Positions 23,244-35,097 of a stretch of 64,000 nt of DNA are shown here, one piece after another. Source of the DNA: Octopus sinensis (taxonomy: Eukaryota); the NCBI RefSeq assembly GCF_006345805.1, contig NC_042997.1, positions 204,352,001-204,416,000 of the forward strand. Direction: 5' to 3'. The number at the start of each line of letters is the position of its first letter. Within the stretch, counting starts at the first letter, position 1. The notes beneath the pieces were generated by a model. The model did not search any database and was not told the DNA's origin. It saw only the letters and a program-made list of their open reading frames with translations. The position numbers were made by a program, and so were the translations under genes.

Positions 23244-23457
23244 GTTTGTGTGTCGGTGATTGTCACACCTACCATCACTTGACAACCAATGTTGGTGTGT
23301 TTACATCCCCTGTAACTTAGCTGGTCGGCAAAAGACATGCAATAGAATATATACTAGGCTTACAAAGAATAAGTCTTGGTGGTGATTTGTTTGACTAAAA
23401 GCAGTGCTCCAGCATGGCTGCAGTCAAATGACCGAAACAAGTAAAAGAATAAAAGAA
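22961..23457 (+). mobile_element. SINE family A ending ~35 bp before a splice acceptor
   Basis: Standard family A body with expanded internal (TA)n. Confidence 0.85.
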
Positions 23458-23493
23458 TATGAGAATAAGCTTGGTTTTTGTATTTTCTTTCAG

Positions 23494-23735
23494 AATGACT
23501 TCCATGATTGCAAAGTTCTTGACACGGATTCCGAGAGTTCTTCTGAAGATGATGGTAATTCAAGTGATGCCAGTGGTGATTCTTGTGGAAAGAATTTGAA
23601 TAAGAATAGGAAACCAAAGAAAGAGAGAAAAGGGATTCCAGGTCAAAGACAAGCAAGAAATGAAGAAATGGAAGAAGGCCATCAAATGGAAAAGGAGGAA
23701 AAAGAAAATGGTAAGAATGAAGAGGATGGAAACAA
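23494..23735 (+). CDS. Coding exon A of an uncharacterised gene (acidic/basic low-complexity region)
   Basis: Acceptor tattttctttcag, donor AA|gtaagt; NDFHDCKVLDTDSESSSEDDG...KENGKNEEDGN; phase 2 end fits the next exon. Confidence 0.75.
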
Positions 23736-23789
23736 GTAAGTTGAAGAATTTTGGTGCTTCTGCCCTCCTCCTAATATATTATATCATAT

Positions 23790-24085
23790 GGTCCTGTGAT
23801 AGATTAGACTATTGGATGTTGTTATACATCACTGGTCACAATGCACTTAGCATTGTTTTAGCCTTTGAATGGTGCCACCCCACTGGCTAGGTGAGCAGAC
23901 CAACATTCACCCCAGTTGGGAGACTATTCCGTCACAGGGTGACCTGTTTACAGCCGAGTGAACTGGAGCAATGTGAAAGGAAGTATTTTGCACAAGAACA
24001 AAGTATGCTGCTCAGTTTGGGAATTGAACCCACAATCAATAGATTGTAAGTACAGCACCCTAACCATTTGGCCACACACCTTCAC
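23790..24085 (-). mobile_element. Old tRNA-headed SINE (family D-related)
   Basis: Minus-strand head gtgaaggtgtgtggccaaatggttagggtgc...gggttcaattccc. Confidence 0.6.
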
Positions 24086-24655
24086 AATATACTATATAGA
24101 GGGGAAAAACATGTAAATAATTTTTGTTTTTAACGTAGGTACAAGGCCAACAACATTGAAGTGAAGGACTTAGTCAAAACCGTCAATTTCAGTACTGAAC
24201 TGGTGCTTTATATTATTGACTCCAAAAGGATAAGAGGAAAAGTTGACCTCAGCAAGTTTTGAGCTAAAACAGAGCTAGAAGAAATATCGGTCCCAATTTC
24301 TGGAGAGGAGGGGGCTACTAACTCACATCAACCCTAGTGTTCAGCTAGTACTTATTTTATCGACTCCAAAAAGATGCAAGGCAAAGTCAACCTTAGTAGA
24401 ATTTGAACTCAGAACAGAAAGAGAATTGAGATGCCACTCAGCATTATGTTTGGCCATACTAATGAGTTGGCCTTAAGTTGGGCCAATATTACATGCTTTA
24501 ATACACTAAAAACGTTTTTCCTGAATATGAGCTGCTGAAATTGGGGTTGTCTAATATAACACCTGTCTTTTATGCTGTCAAATATGGTAATCATGAATAC
24601 TGTCCCCTAAATTTGAACCCTTGTGCTTATATAAGAAATCAATATTTTGTTTCAG

Positions 24656-24791
24656 CCTGGAGAAAACTTCTAGCTTTGAGTTTGGGAAAGAGATTCCTGC
24701 TTTACCAGGTTATAACCCTGAGTTAAAGATGCCACGGAGACTCTCCACAAGAAAGAGATCAGCTTTGTCCCCAGTGAAGAGAAATAAAACT
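24656..24791 (+). CDS. Coding exon B (3' boundary uncertain: 24773 or 24791)
   Basis: Acceptor tttgtttcag; AA|C completes the codon, then LEKTSSFEFGKEIPALPGYNPELKMPRRLSTRKRSALSP(VKRNKT). Phase-0 donor candidates are CCA|gtgaag and ACT|gcaagt. Confidence 0.65.
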
Positions 24792-24982
24792 GCAAGTGGA
24801 CATTTTCTCATTTCTTTTCAATGTAACATTTTCTAGTCATTTCAATAACCACAGAGGAATATTCTCTGATCATCCTAAATCAAGCTGACTTAGGATCAAA
24901 AGCCTTCCAGCCATGACTAACCTGTCACATGCATGGCATATTTTGGTTTACATTATCTAACATGATTGTCTTTTTCTTAAGA

Positions 24983-25246
24983 CAGTGCTGGTGGCACGTA
25001 AAAAGCACCAACCGATCATGGCCGCTGCCAGCCTCCCCTGGCTCCTGTGCCAGTGGCATATAAAAAACACCCACTACACTCATGGAGTAGTTGGCGTTAG
25101 GAAGGGCATCCAGCCGTAGAAACACTGCCAGATCAAACTGGAGCCTGGTGTAACCTCCTGGCTTCCCAGACCCCAGTCAAACCGTCCAACCCATGCTAGC
25201 ACAGAAAGCAGACATTAAACGATGATGATGATGATGATGATGATGA
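24983..25246 (+). mobile_element. Family C retroposon
   Basis: Standard body and (GAT)n tail. Confidence 0.85.
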
Positions 25247-25663
25247 GTACAGTGTAAAATGCAAACAATTTGATTACTATTTGTGCAGGTGAAGCAATGA
25301 TGAAGAGGGACTTCCTCATTGGCCCATGTTTGCATGTGCGTAGGCACATAAACTGGTAGTTAGGGTATTCACATCTTTAAAATTATTATGGTCAAGAAAT
25401 ACAAACTATTTTTAATAAATTCTAAAAATGCAATATTTGTCTGTCTGCCAGCCTGCCTCCCTTTGTCTCTATCTCTCTCCCTCTTTATATATATATAATA
25501 TATATGGTAAATGTTTTTCATTTCCAAATTTATTCCCGTCGAATTTTATCCGTTATTTTTGTGGTTTATAGAACCTAGATGTTCTCTCTAATGTGTTGAA
25601 TCTCACACTAAGTGGATTCCTTATGTGTATAAATATGCACTATATCGTATAATATATATATAT

Positions 25664-25699
<36 letters not shown>

Positions 25700-25700
<1 letters not shown>

Positions 25701-26228
25701 GAGGGTGAGTCAAAAAGTAATGCCATTTTGTTTAGGACAGGTATAATTACCAACACAGGAATATGTATCATTCATCAAAATGAAGCTGGTCCTCTGTGGA
25801 TCACATCCCTACTTCTCAACATAGTCACCGTTTCTCTCAATAGCAATGTTCCACCTTCGAATGAGAACATGTATCCCTGTCCCGTAAAATTCTGTTGACT
25901 GTTCTTTGAGCCACTTCTTCGCTACAGTTTTCAATTCCTCGTCACTGGAATACTGTTTGCCTCTCTAACCCTCTTTCATGGGACTGAAGAGATGATAGTC
26001 CAGTGACGAAGAAGTGGCTCAAAGAACAGTCAACAGAATTTCACGGGGCAGGGATACATGCTCTCATTTGAAGGTGGAACATTGCTATTGAGAGAAACGG
26101 TGACTATGTTGAGAAGTAGGGATGTGATCCACAGAGGACCAGCTTCATTTTGATGAATGATACATATTCCTGTGTTGGTAATTATACCTGTCCTAAACAA
26201 AATGGCATTACTTTTTGACTCACCCTCA
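25700..26228. mobile_element. Palindromic mariner derivative made of two 3' ends
   Basis: ~220-bp arms starting tgagggtgagtcaaaaagtaatgcc, TA flanks; minus strand DYHLFSPMKEGLRGKQYSSDEELKTVAKKWLKEQSTEFY...RWNIAIERNGDYVEK. Confidence 0.9.
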
Positions 26229-26693
26229 TATATATATATATATATATATATTGATAGATATAAAAGAATGAACAGAGTGTAGATTTTGTTCAAATCATAC
26301 TATGCAGGTTTCTGTGGTATGGCTATTTATTTGATCATAAACGTATTACATAATGTGGATTACATAAGCAAGCCATTTCTTCAGGCATTTTGGGTCACAG
26401 ACTGGTAAAATCGATTTACTATGAAAACATGCATAATATAATTTCAACAAATCTCCATTCTATTCATATTCTTTATTATATTTTACTCTGCATTAAATGT
26501 GCAGTGTATATGTATATTGCTGAGTGTCAGATGAATGAGAAAGGAGTGCTCAATACATTGTAGAATATATAGATTTTTTAAATTAAAACTGAAGCTGAGA
26601 CTTTGTTTCATCACTCAAGTTTTATGTGTGCATGTGAATGCATTAAATAATGTGTGGTTGTATATATGATTCTAAGAAAACAGGTATATATAT

Positions 26694-26799
26694 ATAACCT
26701 GATGAGTGGCTATATTTATATTGAAGTGATTTTACTACTACTATTAATTTTTTTAGTATAATCATTTCTTAAATATAGCCATGAAACATGTGTCATTAT
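26694..26799 (+). ncRNA. Type-I hammerhead ribozyme motif (best preserved)
   Basis: ATAAC-CTGATGA (26699-705)-GTGGCTATATTTA...TAAATATAGCCAT (13-bp stem II)-GAAAC (26783-87)-ATGT-GTC-ATTAT. Confidence 0.75.
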
Positions 26800-26877
26800 T
26801 CTACCAATTATATATGTTTTATTTATTATTTTGCAATTTACTTAATCTTCGGTATATTATTGTTATTTTATATTCAA

Positions 26878-27376
26878 CTAGCAGTATCGCCCGGCGTTGC
26901 TCGGGTTTGTATGGGAAATAACTATATAAGCATTTTTAGAGAGTTACTTCCCTTATATAATAGCAAAAAATGCATTAAAAATGGAAAGAATGATGGTAAT
27001 TGTTTTTTAAATCGTAGACTCATCGTAGACATTTTTAGAGAGTTACTTCCCTTATATAATAGCAAAAAAATGCATTAAAAATGGAAAAAAATGATGGCAA
27101 ATTTTTTTTAAATCGTAGACTCATCGTAGACATTTTTAGAGAGTTACTTCCCTTATATAATAGCAAAAATGCATTAAAAATGGAAAAAATGATAGCAATT
27201 TTTTTTTAAAATCGTAGACTCATCGTAGACGCGCGCTAATACCCAGAAGGGCTCGATATGAATCACGACTATAAGATACCCGGTTTTGGTTAAACTGCAC
27301 CGCAAAATGTGGGAGTAGTTAGGAATCTAAATCGTAGGAGACAGACACCACACAACTTCAGTTTTATATATATAGA
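26878..27376 (-). mobile_element. Non-autonomous Helitron with an internal ~100-bp triplication
   Basis: Minus strand A|TC...CCCGAGCAACGCCGGG hairpin...CTAG|T; three tandem units at ~26931-27230. Confidence 0.85.
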
Positions 27377-27495
27377 TATTTCTATTATATGTAATTTTCT
27401 AGGGGGTGTAATTTAATTGTTCATTTTGAATTGATAAAAGGTGGTTTTTTTCAAATTTTTATATATATTTACCATATATTGTGTTGTTTCTTTAG

Positions 27496-27573
27496 GAGCC
27501 TGAGAAAATAACAGAACCAGAAAGAAGGATGTTTAGTTCTTCCAAATTCATGAAAACAGAGATAAAATATGAT
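27496..27573 (+). CDS. Coding exon C
   Basis: tttctttag| EPEKITEPERRMFSSSKFMKTEIKYD |gtgagt; 78 nt, phase 0-0. Confidence 0.75.
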
Positions 27574-28730
27574 GTGAGTTTAATTTCATTTCATTAAAAT
27601 CTATAAATCACTTTTCGTTTTGTTCTCTGGTGGTGAACACATAATTCTTCAGCGTTCATCTTGTGTTCATCTTGTGTTCATCTTGTGTTCATCATACATT
27701 CCTCTAGTGTTCACCCCATAACTCTCTTGTGATCTCCAGAAAGTGCTTTTGTGTTCATCGCAGAGTTCTTTTGTAGGGTTTACTACACGATACTCTGCTT
27801 TTCAGCATTCTTCACACATCTCTGTAATGTTTGCCATTCTCTGCACTGACCTCCAGCAAGCAGTATTTACCCTTCACGACAGCTAACTTTGCAACAGAGG
27901 GGCTGGACATGTTTACGCAGAAGATTGCAAACAAATGACACTGCTTGTACAACAGTGATACTTGTGTACATAACATCAAGACAAAGGGACTCAAATACAC
28001 ACACACACAAACACACACATAAATATACATACACATTAACACACCACACACACACACACTCCCATACATACACACCCACTCATACACACAACACACACAC
28101 ACACACACATACACACACACAATATTTTTGTCATAGAAATGGCTTTCAAACCCACTTTCGATGGGAAAAGTCAAAGGCTTTCTGGACCTGTTTGCAAAAG
28201 AATTATTTCACATTTTCTCAAACTGTTTATAAAATCTTATGCTTGACATGTCTCAGAGAGAGAGGGGAAGAGAGAGAGGGAGAGAGAGAGAAAGAGAGTG
28301 AGAGAAAGAGAAAGAGAGAGAGAAAGAGGAGGTGGAGAAGTGCCCCATATATATAGGCATAACTGAGTGGTTTGAGGGTTTCATTTTTGTTGTCATGGAC
28401 AGGTCTTCTTGAGCACAACTTTTATTAAAAATCTTTCTGTAATATATATATATATATCATACAGAGTGCACTGGGTGCATAAAAAAGTCCTCAGTACATC
28501 CTGTAAAGTGGTTGGTGTGAAGAAGGGCACTGGAAGCCTGGTGCAGCTCTCTGGCTTGCCACCTCCTGTCACATGGTCCAACTCATGCCATCATGAGAAA
28601 CAGATGACGGTGATGTGATGTGATGTGTGTGTGTGTGTGTATGTATACACACACACACATGAGGATTTTACATAGTTTCTGTCTGAAAAAGTGTATGTTT
28701 CCCATTCCTGATTCCTTCTGTTCATTTCAG

Positions 28731-28824
28731 AAAGAGATTATGCAATCTTGGCTTAAAGAACAACTTGACTTTAGTTTGAAACCTTGTCGCTTTGAGTTAC
28801 CTGTTGACAGTCGACAACTTGAAG
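28731..28824 (+). CDS. Coding exon D
   Basis: ttcatttcag| KEIMQSWLKEQLDFSLKPCRFELPVDSRQLE plus G|gtaaat; phase 0-1. Confidence 0.85.
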
Positions 28825-29228
28825 GTAAATAATCCACAATAATCCCACACAGATTATCAGATATGATTATCTAGGAGATTAACTTTCTTTGTGCTTGTTT
28901 TCATGTGATGTTGTTTGAATAATTGACAATGTATCCTCCACTGCATGTGATAATATTGTCTCAGTGCATGACGATATTGCTGCATGTGATATGTTATCAT
29001 GTGACGAGATTATCAGATGAAGTGGTGAAGTTTATCTTGGAGATTAACTTGTTTGTTTGAGCTTCTCATTTACTCCAGACATGTGGCAGTAACATTATCA
29101 GATATGTTGCTGCCGCACTATCATATATCGAGGTAACATTATCATATCACATGTAATAGTAACATTCTTACATGTAGTGGACACATTATTGTCATATAAT
29201 GAGGAAGTATACCCCATGTGACAACGTT

Positions 29229-29672
29229 ATCACATGTAGCAGTGACTGTTGAATATAGCAGAGCATGATCACATTGTAGCATATCACATGCAGCAGTAAC
29301 TATTAAGTATAGAGGAGCATGATCGCATGGTAGCATATCACATGTAGCAGTGACTATTAAATATAACGGCAGCATAATCACATGGTAGCATATCACATGT
29401 AGCAGTGACTATTAAATATAGCGACAGCATAATCATATGGTAGCATATTACATAGTAGCGTATCACATGTAGCAGTAACTATTAAATATAGCTGCAGCAT
29501 GATCACATGGTAGCATATCACATGTAGCGGTGGCTATCAAATATAGCAGCAGCATGATCACATGGTAGCATATCACATGTAGCAGTGACTATTAAATATA
29601 GTAGCATATCACATGTAGCAGTTTCTATTAAATATAGCGGCAGCATGATCACATGGCAGCTTATCACATGTA
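29229..29672. repeat. ~55-bp minisatellite, about 8 units
   Basis: Unit atcacatgtagcagtgactattaaatatagcggcagcatgatcacatggtagcat. Confidence 0.9.
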
Positions 29673-29735
29673 ATAATACCAAAACTCACTGAGACAACAT
29701 CATCACATGTAGTCTGTATATATTATGTAGATCAT

Positions 29736-30264
29736 CTTTTATTCTTTACTTGTTTCAGTCATTAGACTGCGGCCATACTGGGGCACCATTTTGAAGAGCT
29801 TTTAGTTGAACAAAACTAGTACTACTTTTTTTGAAAACCTAGGCTGCTGGAGCCTACCAGTAAGTATTTAAAGGGAAATTTGGCAGGGTGGCCATTCGTC
29901 TGCTGATATTCATTGATGCAGCATCAAAGAAACCAAAGAATAAAAAGCCAAAGAAAAAAGAAAAAAACACACTCGACCCCAGTGCTGAAGAGAAATCCAA
30001 AAAGTGGTGGGGGCTGACATGTCGAAATCGGTAGAGCGGTAGGGGCCAAAACAGGATGTGGGTCCTACTGATGATGTCCTTAGCCACTGGATCCTATAAA
30101 GGAGCTGCTGAGGGAGCAAACCATGAAACATAGTTGGAATTCTTCCCTACTTATTCTATCGGTCACTTTTGCTGAACTGCCAAGTTATAGGGACATAAAC
30201 ACACCAACACACATTGTCAAATGGCAGTGGGGAATAAACACAGACACAAAGACATACACACACT

Positions 30265-30321
<57 letters not shown>

Positions 30322-30478
30322 ATGGGCTTTTTTCAGTTTCCATTTATCAAATCCACTCCCAAGGCCTTGCTCCGCTCAAGGCTATAATAAAAGACACTTG
30401 CCTAAGGTGCCATGCAGTGGGACTGAACCTAGAGCCATGTGGTTGGGAAGCAAGTTTTTTACCCCACAGTCACACCTA
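29736..30478 (-). mobile_element. SINE family A interrupted by a ~300-bp unrelated insert (~29843-30147)
   Basis: SINE body resumes at tacttattctatcggtc after the insert. Confidence 0.7.
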
Positions 30479-30606
30479 TTGTATATATTGTGCATATATA
30501 GTGTGTGTATATATTGTGTATATATAGTGTGTGTATATATTGTATGCATGTATATATATATTGTATGTAGCGATTCTTAGTTGTAAGGGTTGAATTCTTT
30601 CTGCAG

Positions 30607-30725
30607 CTTCAAGTCCTGAAGAGTATTTAAGAACGTACTGCATTGTTACGTCTCAATTCCACAGTCTTTACAAAACTGTCTTCAAGAAATATCAGACTCC
30701 TGCCACGTTTATGATAGAATATAAG
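30607..30725 (+). CDS. Coding exon E
   Basis: ttctttctgcag| (A)SSPEEYLRTYCIVTSQFHSLYKTVFKKYQTPATFMIEYK |gtaagt; phase 1-0. Confidence 0.88.
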
Positions 30726-30784
30726 GTAAGTTGGTTCTATACATGAGTGTGTGTATGTGTGTGTATGAAATGGTGGTGTTGTAA

Positions 30785-31692
30785 AGGGGTTGGCATTAGG
30801 AGGGGCATGCAGCTGTAGAAAGCAAGTCAAAATGAACAACTGGAGCCTGGTGTGGCCTTTAGCCATGCCAGCTCCTGCCAGCATAGAAAAGCATACATTA
30901 AATGGCGATGATGATATATATATAAAATGGACGTTAAATGATGATGATAATGATACATATATACATATCTGGCCCTCGTGCCAGTGGCACATAAAAAGCA
31001 CCATCCGTTCGTGGCCGTTTGCCAGCTCTGTCTGGCACCAGTGCGGGTGGCCGTAAAAGCACCCACTACACTCACGGATTGGTTTGGCGTTAGGAAGGGC
31101 ATCCAGCCGTAGAAACACTGCCAGATTTGACTGGGCCTGATGAAGCCTTCTGGCTTCACAGACCCCAGTAGAACCGTCCAACCCATGCTAGCATGGAAAA
31201 CGGACGCTAAACGATGATGATGATGATGATGATTTCTTTATTGCCTACAGGGGGCTAAACACAGAGGGGACAAACAAATTAAGTTGATCACATTGACCCC
31301 AGTGCATAACTGGTACTAATTTAGTCGACCCTGAAAAGATGAAAGGTAAAGTTGACCGCAGCAGAATTTGAACTCAGAACGTAAAGACAGGTGAAATACC
31401 ACTAAGCATTTCGCTTGGCATGCTAACATTTCTGCCAGGTCGCCACCTTAATATTTAGCACTTGTATTATTTAAGTATCCTAGGGTGGCAAGCCGGCAGA
31501 ATCGTTAGCATGCTGGGTGAGATGCTTAACGGTATTTCGTCTGCTGCTACATTCTGAGTTCAAATTCTGCCAGGGCTGACTTTGCCATTCATCCTTTCGG
31601 GGTCGATTAAACAAGCACCAGTTATGCATTGGGGCTGTAATTGACTTAATCCCTTCCCCCAAATTTGAGGCCTTGTGCTTCCAATAGAAAGG
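30785..31692. mobile_element. Cluster: family C copies (+, to 31232), family B (-, 31232-31449), family B (+, 31482-31692)
   Basis: Family consensus matches; TSD ttatttaagtatcct around the last copy. Confidence 0.8.
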
Positions 31693-31811
31693 TTTATTTA
31701 AGTATCCTTGAAACCATGTCTAAGATACAGAGTGAAATATTTTCTCAAATTATGAAGATGTACCACAGAAGGTGCATAAGGCAGTTGTGTGAAGTTTGCG
31801 ATGAGCTACAA

Positions 31812-32200
31812 GAGGTATACGTGGCACTACGTCAGTTATGATGATGAGGGTTCCAGTTGATCCAATCAACGGAACAGCCTGCTCGTGAAATTAACGTGCA
31901 AGTGGCTGAGCGCTCCACAGACACGTGTACCCTTAATGAAGTTCTCGGGGAGATTCAGCGTGACACAGAGTGTGACAAGGTTGACCCTTTGAAATACAGG
32001 TGCAAAAGAAACAGGAAGAAAGAGTGAGAGAAAGTTGTGGTGAAAGAGTACAGCAGGGTTCACCACCCACCTCCCTGCTGGAGCCTCATGGAGCTTTAGG
32101 TGTTTTTGCTCAATAAACACAACACCCAATCTGGGAATCAAAATCGCGATCCTATGACTGCGAGTCCACTGCCCTAACCACTGGGCCATTGTGCCTCCAC
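31812..32200 (-). mobile_element. tRNA-headed SINE family D
   Basis: Minus-strand head gtggaggcacaatggcccagtggttagggcag; related copy at ~46130-46410. Confidence 0.7.
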
Positions 32201-32334
32201 ACTAGAGGTATATGTGATGGTTAACATGTTAATTATCTTAATGCTAATTTAACTATTGATTTTCATGTAGCTGGTGTTATGTTTCTTAATTTTTAAATAT
32301 GCTAATTATCTCTGACTTTCCTCAATTAAAAAGT

Positions 32335-33502
32335 CTACCTTGACTTTGCTAAGGCTTTCAACTCTGTGCCACACAAAAGGCTTGTGGTGAAACTCTCTGC
32401 AATGGGTGTGAGGGATGACCTTTTTAACTGGTTGAAATCCTTCATTCTCAGCCGAAAGGAGGTAGTCACAGTTCTAGGACAGCATTCTACACCATATGAG
32501 ATGTCATCGGGTGTACCACAGGGATCTGTCCTTGGTCCCCTCTTGTTTGTGGCATACATTAATGACATAGATGCCAATTTAAAGAATGCCACAGTATTGA
32601 AATATGTAGACGACATCAAGCTGTACCTTGAAATCAAGAGGACAGATCCTGATGTCTACAACTCTTTCCTGCAATCAGACCTAGACACAATGCAGCAATG
32701 GATCACAGACTGGCAACTGAAACTGGCTGTGGACAAGTGTACCACCATGCATTTTGGGAGAAAAAACCCTGTGTCCACATACTCCCTCCACAACACTGAT
32801 ATCAAGAAATCCTCTTGCGAGCGTGACCTAGGCATCACTGTCAGCAGTGATTTGCGTTGGACAAAGCATATCTCTAAAATTGTCAAGAAGGCCGAGGGTG
32901 TCTTGGCATCACTCAGCAAGACTTTTGTTAGCCGCTCTCCAGCCATCTATTTAAAACTGTATACAGCTATGGTACAACCACACTTGGAATTCGCATCATC
33001 AGTTTGGAACCCCTATCTTGCTCAGAACATTGACCTCCTGGAATCTGTCCAGAGACGTGCAACCAAACGCATACACTCCATCAGACACCTACCATATTCG
33101 GAGCGCCTTGTTTCCCTGGGCATGGATTCACTGAAGCTCCGGCGTCTGGCGACAGACTTGGTAAACACCCACAAAGTTATCAACCACATCACCAACAACA
33201 ACACTGAACACCTTTTTGATCTCCATGTGTCTAACACACATGGACATGCCTACAAAGTCAGAAAACAACACAGCTCCCATGACTTTCGGAAACATTTTTT
33301 CACGCTCAGAGTTGCTGAAGCATGGAATAAACTGCCTGCATCAGTTGTTGACTGCCATGACACTGCATCCTTTAAGGCCCTCATGCTTTCCGAAATCCGC
33401 CGAAACTACACCTGATTATATATACACTTTAGATGAGTTGTAGTGCACCTGAGCACTGTACACAATGCTTATTATTATTATTATTATTATATTATTATTA
33501 TT
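32335..33502 (+). mobile_element. 5'-truncated CR1/L2-type LINE, open RT C-terminal ORF to TGA 33415, (ATT)n tail
   Basis: YLDFAKAF, SGVPQGSVLGPLLF..YINDI, YVDDIKL, ERDLG, PHLEFASSVWNP, LESVQRRATK; TSD attaaaaagt at 32325-34 and 33503-12. Confidence 0.95.
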
Positions 33503-33552
33503 ATTAAAAAGTAATTGAATGTAATTTTTCTTTTTTAATTATACAATTATAG

Positions 33553-33719
33553 AATCTTGAAGTTGCTTTACAAGATGTTGCTGTAAACAGTTTTAGTGTT
33601 GAGAAGCTAAAGATAATTGGCAGCCTCGTTAACCTTAATGAGACTTCTACTATTGATTATAAACTATTTGCTGGAATGGCAGCATTAGCAGAACGACTCA
33701 CAGACTCCAGCATTAAAAG
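33553..33719 (+). CDS. Coding exon F
   Basis: attatag| NLEVALQDVAVNSFSVEKLKIIGSLVNLNETSTIDYKLFAGMAALAERLTDSSIK plus AG|gttttt; phase 0-2. Confidence 0.82.
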
Positions 33720-33883
33720 GTTTTTACCATTTTGTTTTTGGTGTTTTTGCGTTCAATAAGGAGAAAAAAAAAATGAAATTTCTAAAAAAAATTTAATTTA
33801 TGAAAAAAAAAAGTACCAGGAATAAAATGATATTCAATTTTATTTGGGTAAAATATTTCTTTGTATATTAAATAATCAAAATA

Positions 33884-33911
33884 TTGATGATGATGATGTT
33901 GTTGTTGTTGT

Positions 33912-34007
<96 letters not shown>

Positions 34008-34116
34008 GGAGGAGGAGGAGGAGGAGGAGGAGAATGGTGATGGTAATGATATCAATGCCAAAGATTTCAATGACTGCAATGATGTGAACGATGATGATGA
34101 TGATGATGATGATGAT
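33884..34116. repeat. (GAT)n/(GAG)n trinucleotide tract
   Basis: Direct inspection; intronic. Confidence 0.95.
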
Positions 34117-34542
34117 GCAGCCTTTACTCAGTTTCTTGACCTGTGAAAAATAGCAGTCAAATCTGCTCAAAATCACATCAGGCCACAGGGAAATATTAAC
34201 TAGGTTAGAAACAAATGGCAATGTGAAGGGCATTGGGCCATAGAATACTTGCCTTAATGAATGTTTAGTCATGCCATCTCAGATATGGCCATCCAGTTGA
34301 GGTGGGGTAAAAATAGTTCTCATGTATAAGGTGTTCTAATTTTAAGGTTTAATAGCTTGAAAGGTGTGTATAATTTATATGAAAGAATTTGAACTTCTGC
34401 CAATAAATAAGTACAGACTACAGAGGGAGCTTCCAGATGGTCACTCGATTTGCTAGAACAAGCAGTCAAATCACCTCAGATCATGCCAAAGTGACACATT
34501 AGATAACATAGTGTTAAATTAGATAACGTAGTGTTGAATATA

Positions 34543-34777
34543 AGGCGGCGAGCTGGCAGAATCGTTAGCATACTGGGTGAAATGCTTAGCAGTATTTCGT
34601 CTGCCGCTACGTTCTGAGTTCAAATTCTGCCAAGGTTGACTTTGCCTTTCATCCTTTCGGGGTCAATTAAATAAGTACCAGTTATGCACTGGGGTCGATA
34701 TAATCGACTTACTCCGTTTGTCTGTCCTTGTTTGTCCCCTCTATGTGTAGCCCCTTGTGGGCAGTAAAGAAATAAAT
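34543..34777 (+). mobile_element. SINE family B, full length
   Basis: Perfect 15-bp TSD gtagtgttgaatata at 34528-42 and 34778-92. Confidence 0.92.
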
Positions 34778-35097
34778 GTAGTGTTGAATATATCTGAAAA
34801 GTCAGGATGGTCATGTCATAAATTTGCTCAATAAGGGCTGACCTAGGGCTTAAAAATAAAAGTAACCTCTTGAAATATGAACCAATGAAAAAATCCCTTA
34901 TGTTATCAGTCGACCTGCTAAAAATAACAACCAATTTTCTCTCAAATTATATTGTATTGTCTTGAAAAAGAAAAGCACATTAGACAAAGGAGTTCTAGAT
35001 ACATTGTCTACCATAAAAAAATGTAAAGAAAAAGAAAAATGATGATTAAACAAAAACAAGAGAATTTTTTTAAGAACTTTAAAATTTCTGCTTTCAG

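Noticed and set aside
32366-33415. 349-aa ORF as a host gene
   Set aside because: It is the 5'-truncated RT of a LINE with TSD and tail.
33844-34146. Poly-Asp/Glu ORF as an extra exon
   Set aside because: (GAT)n/(GAG)n microsatellite without good splice sites; exons F and G already join in phase.
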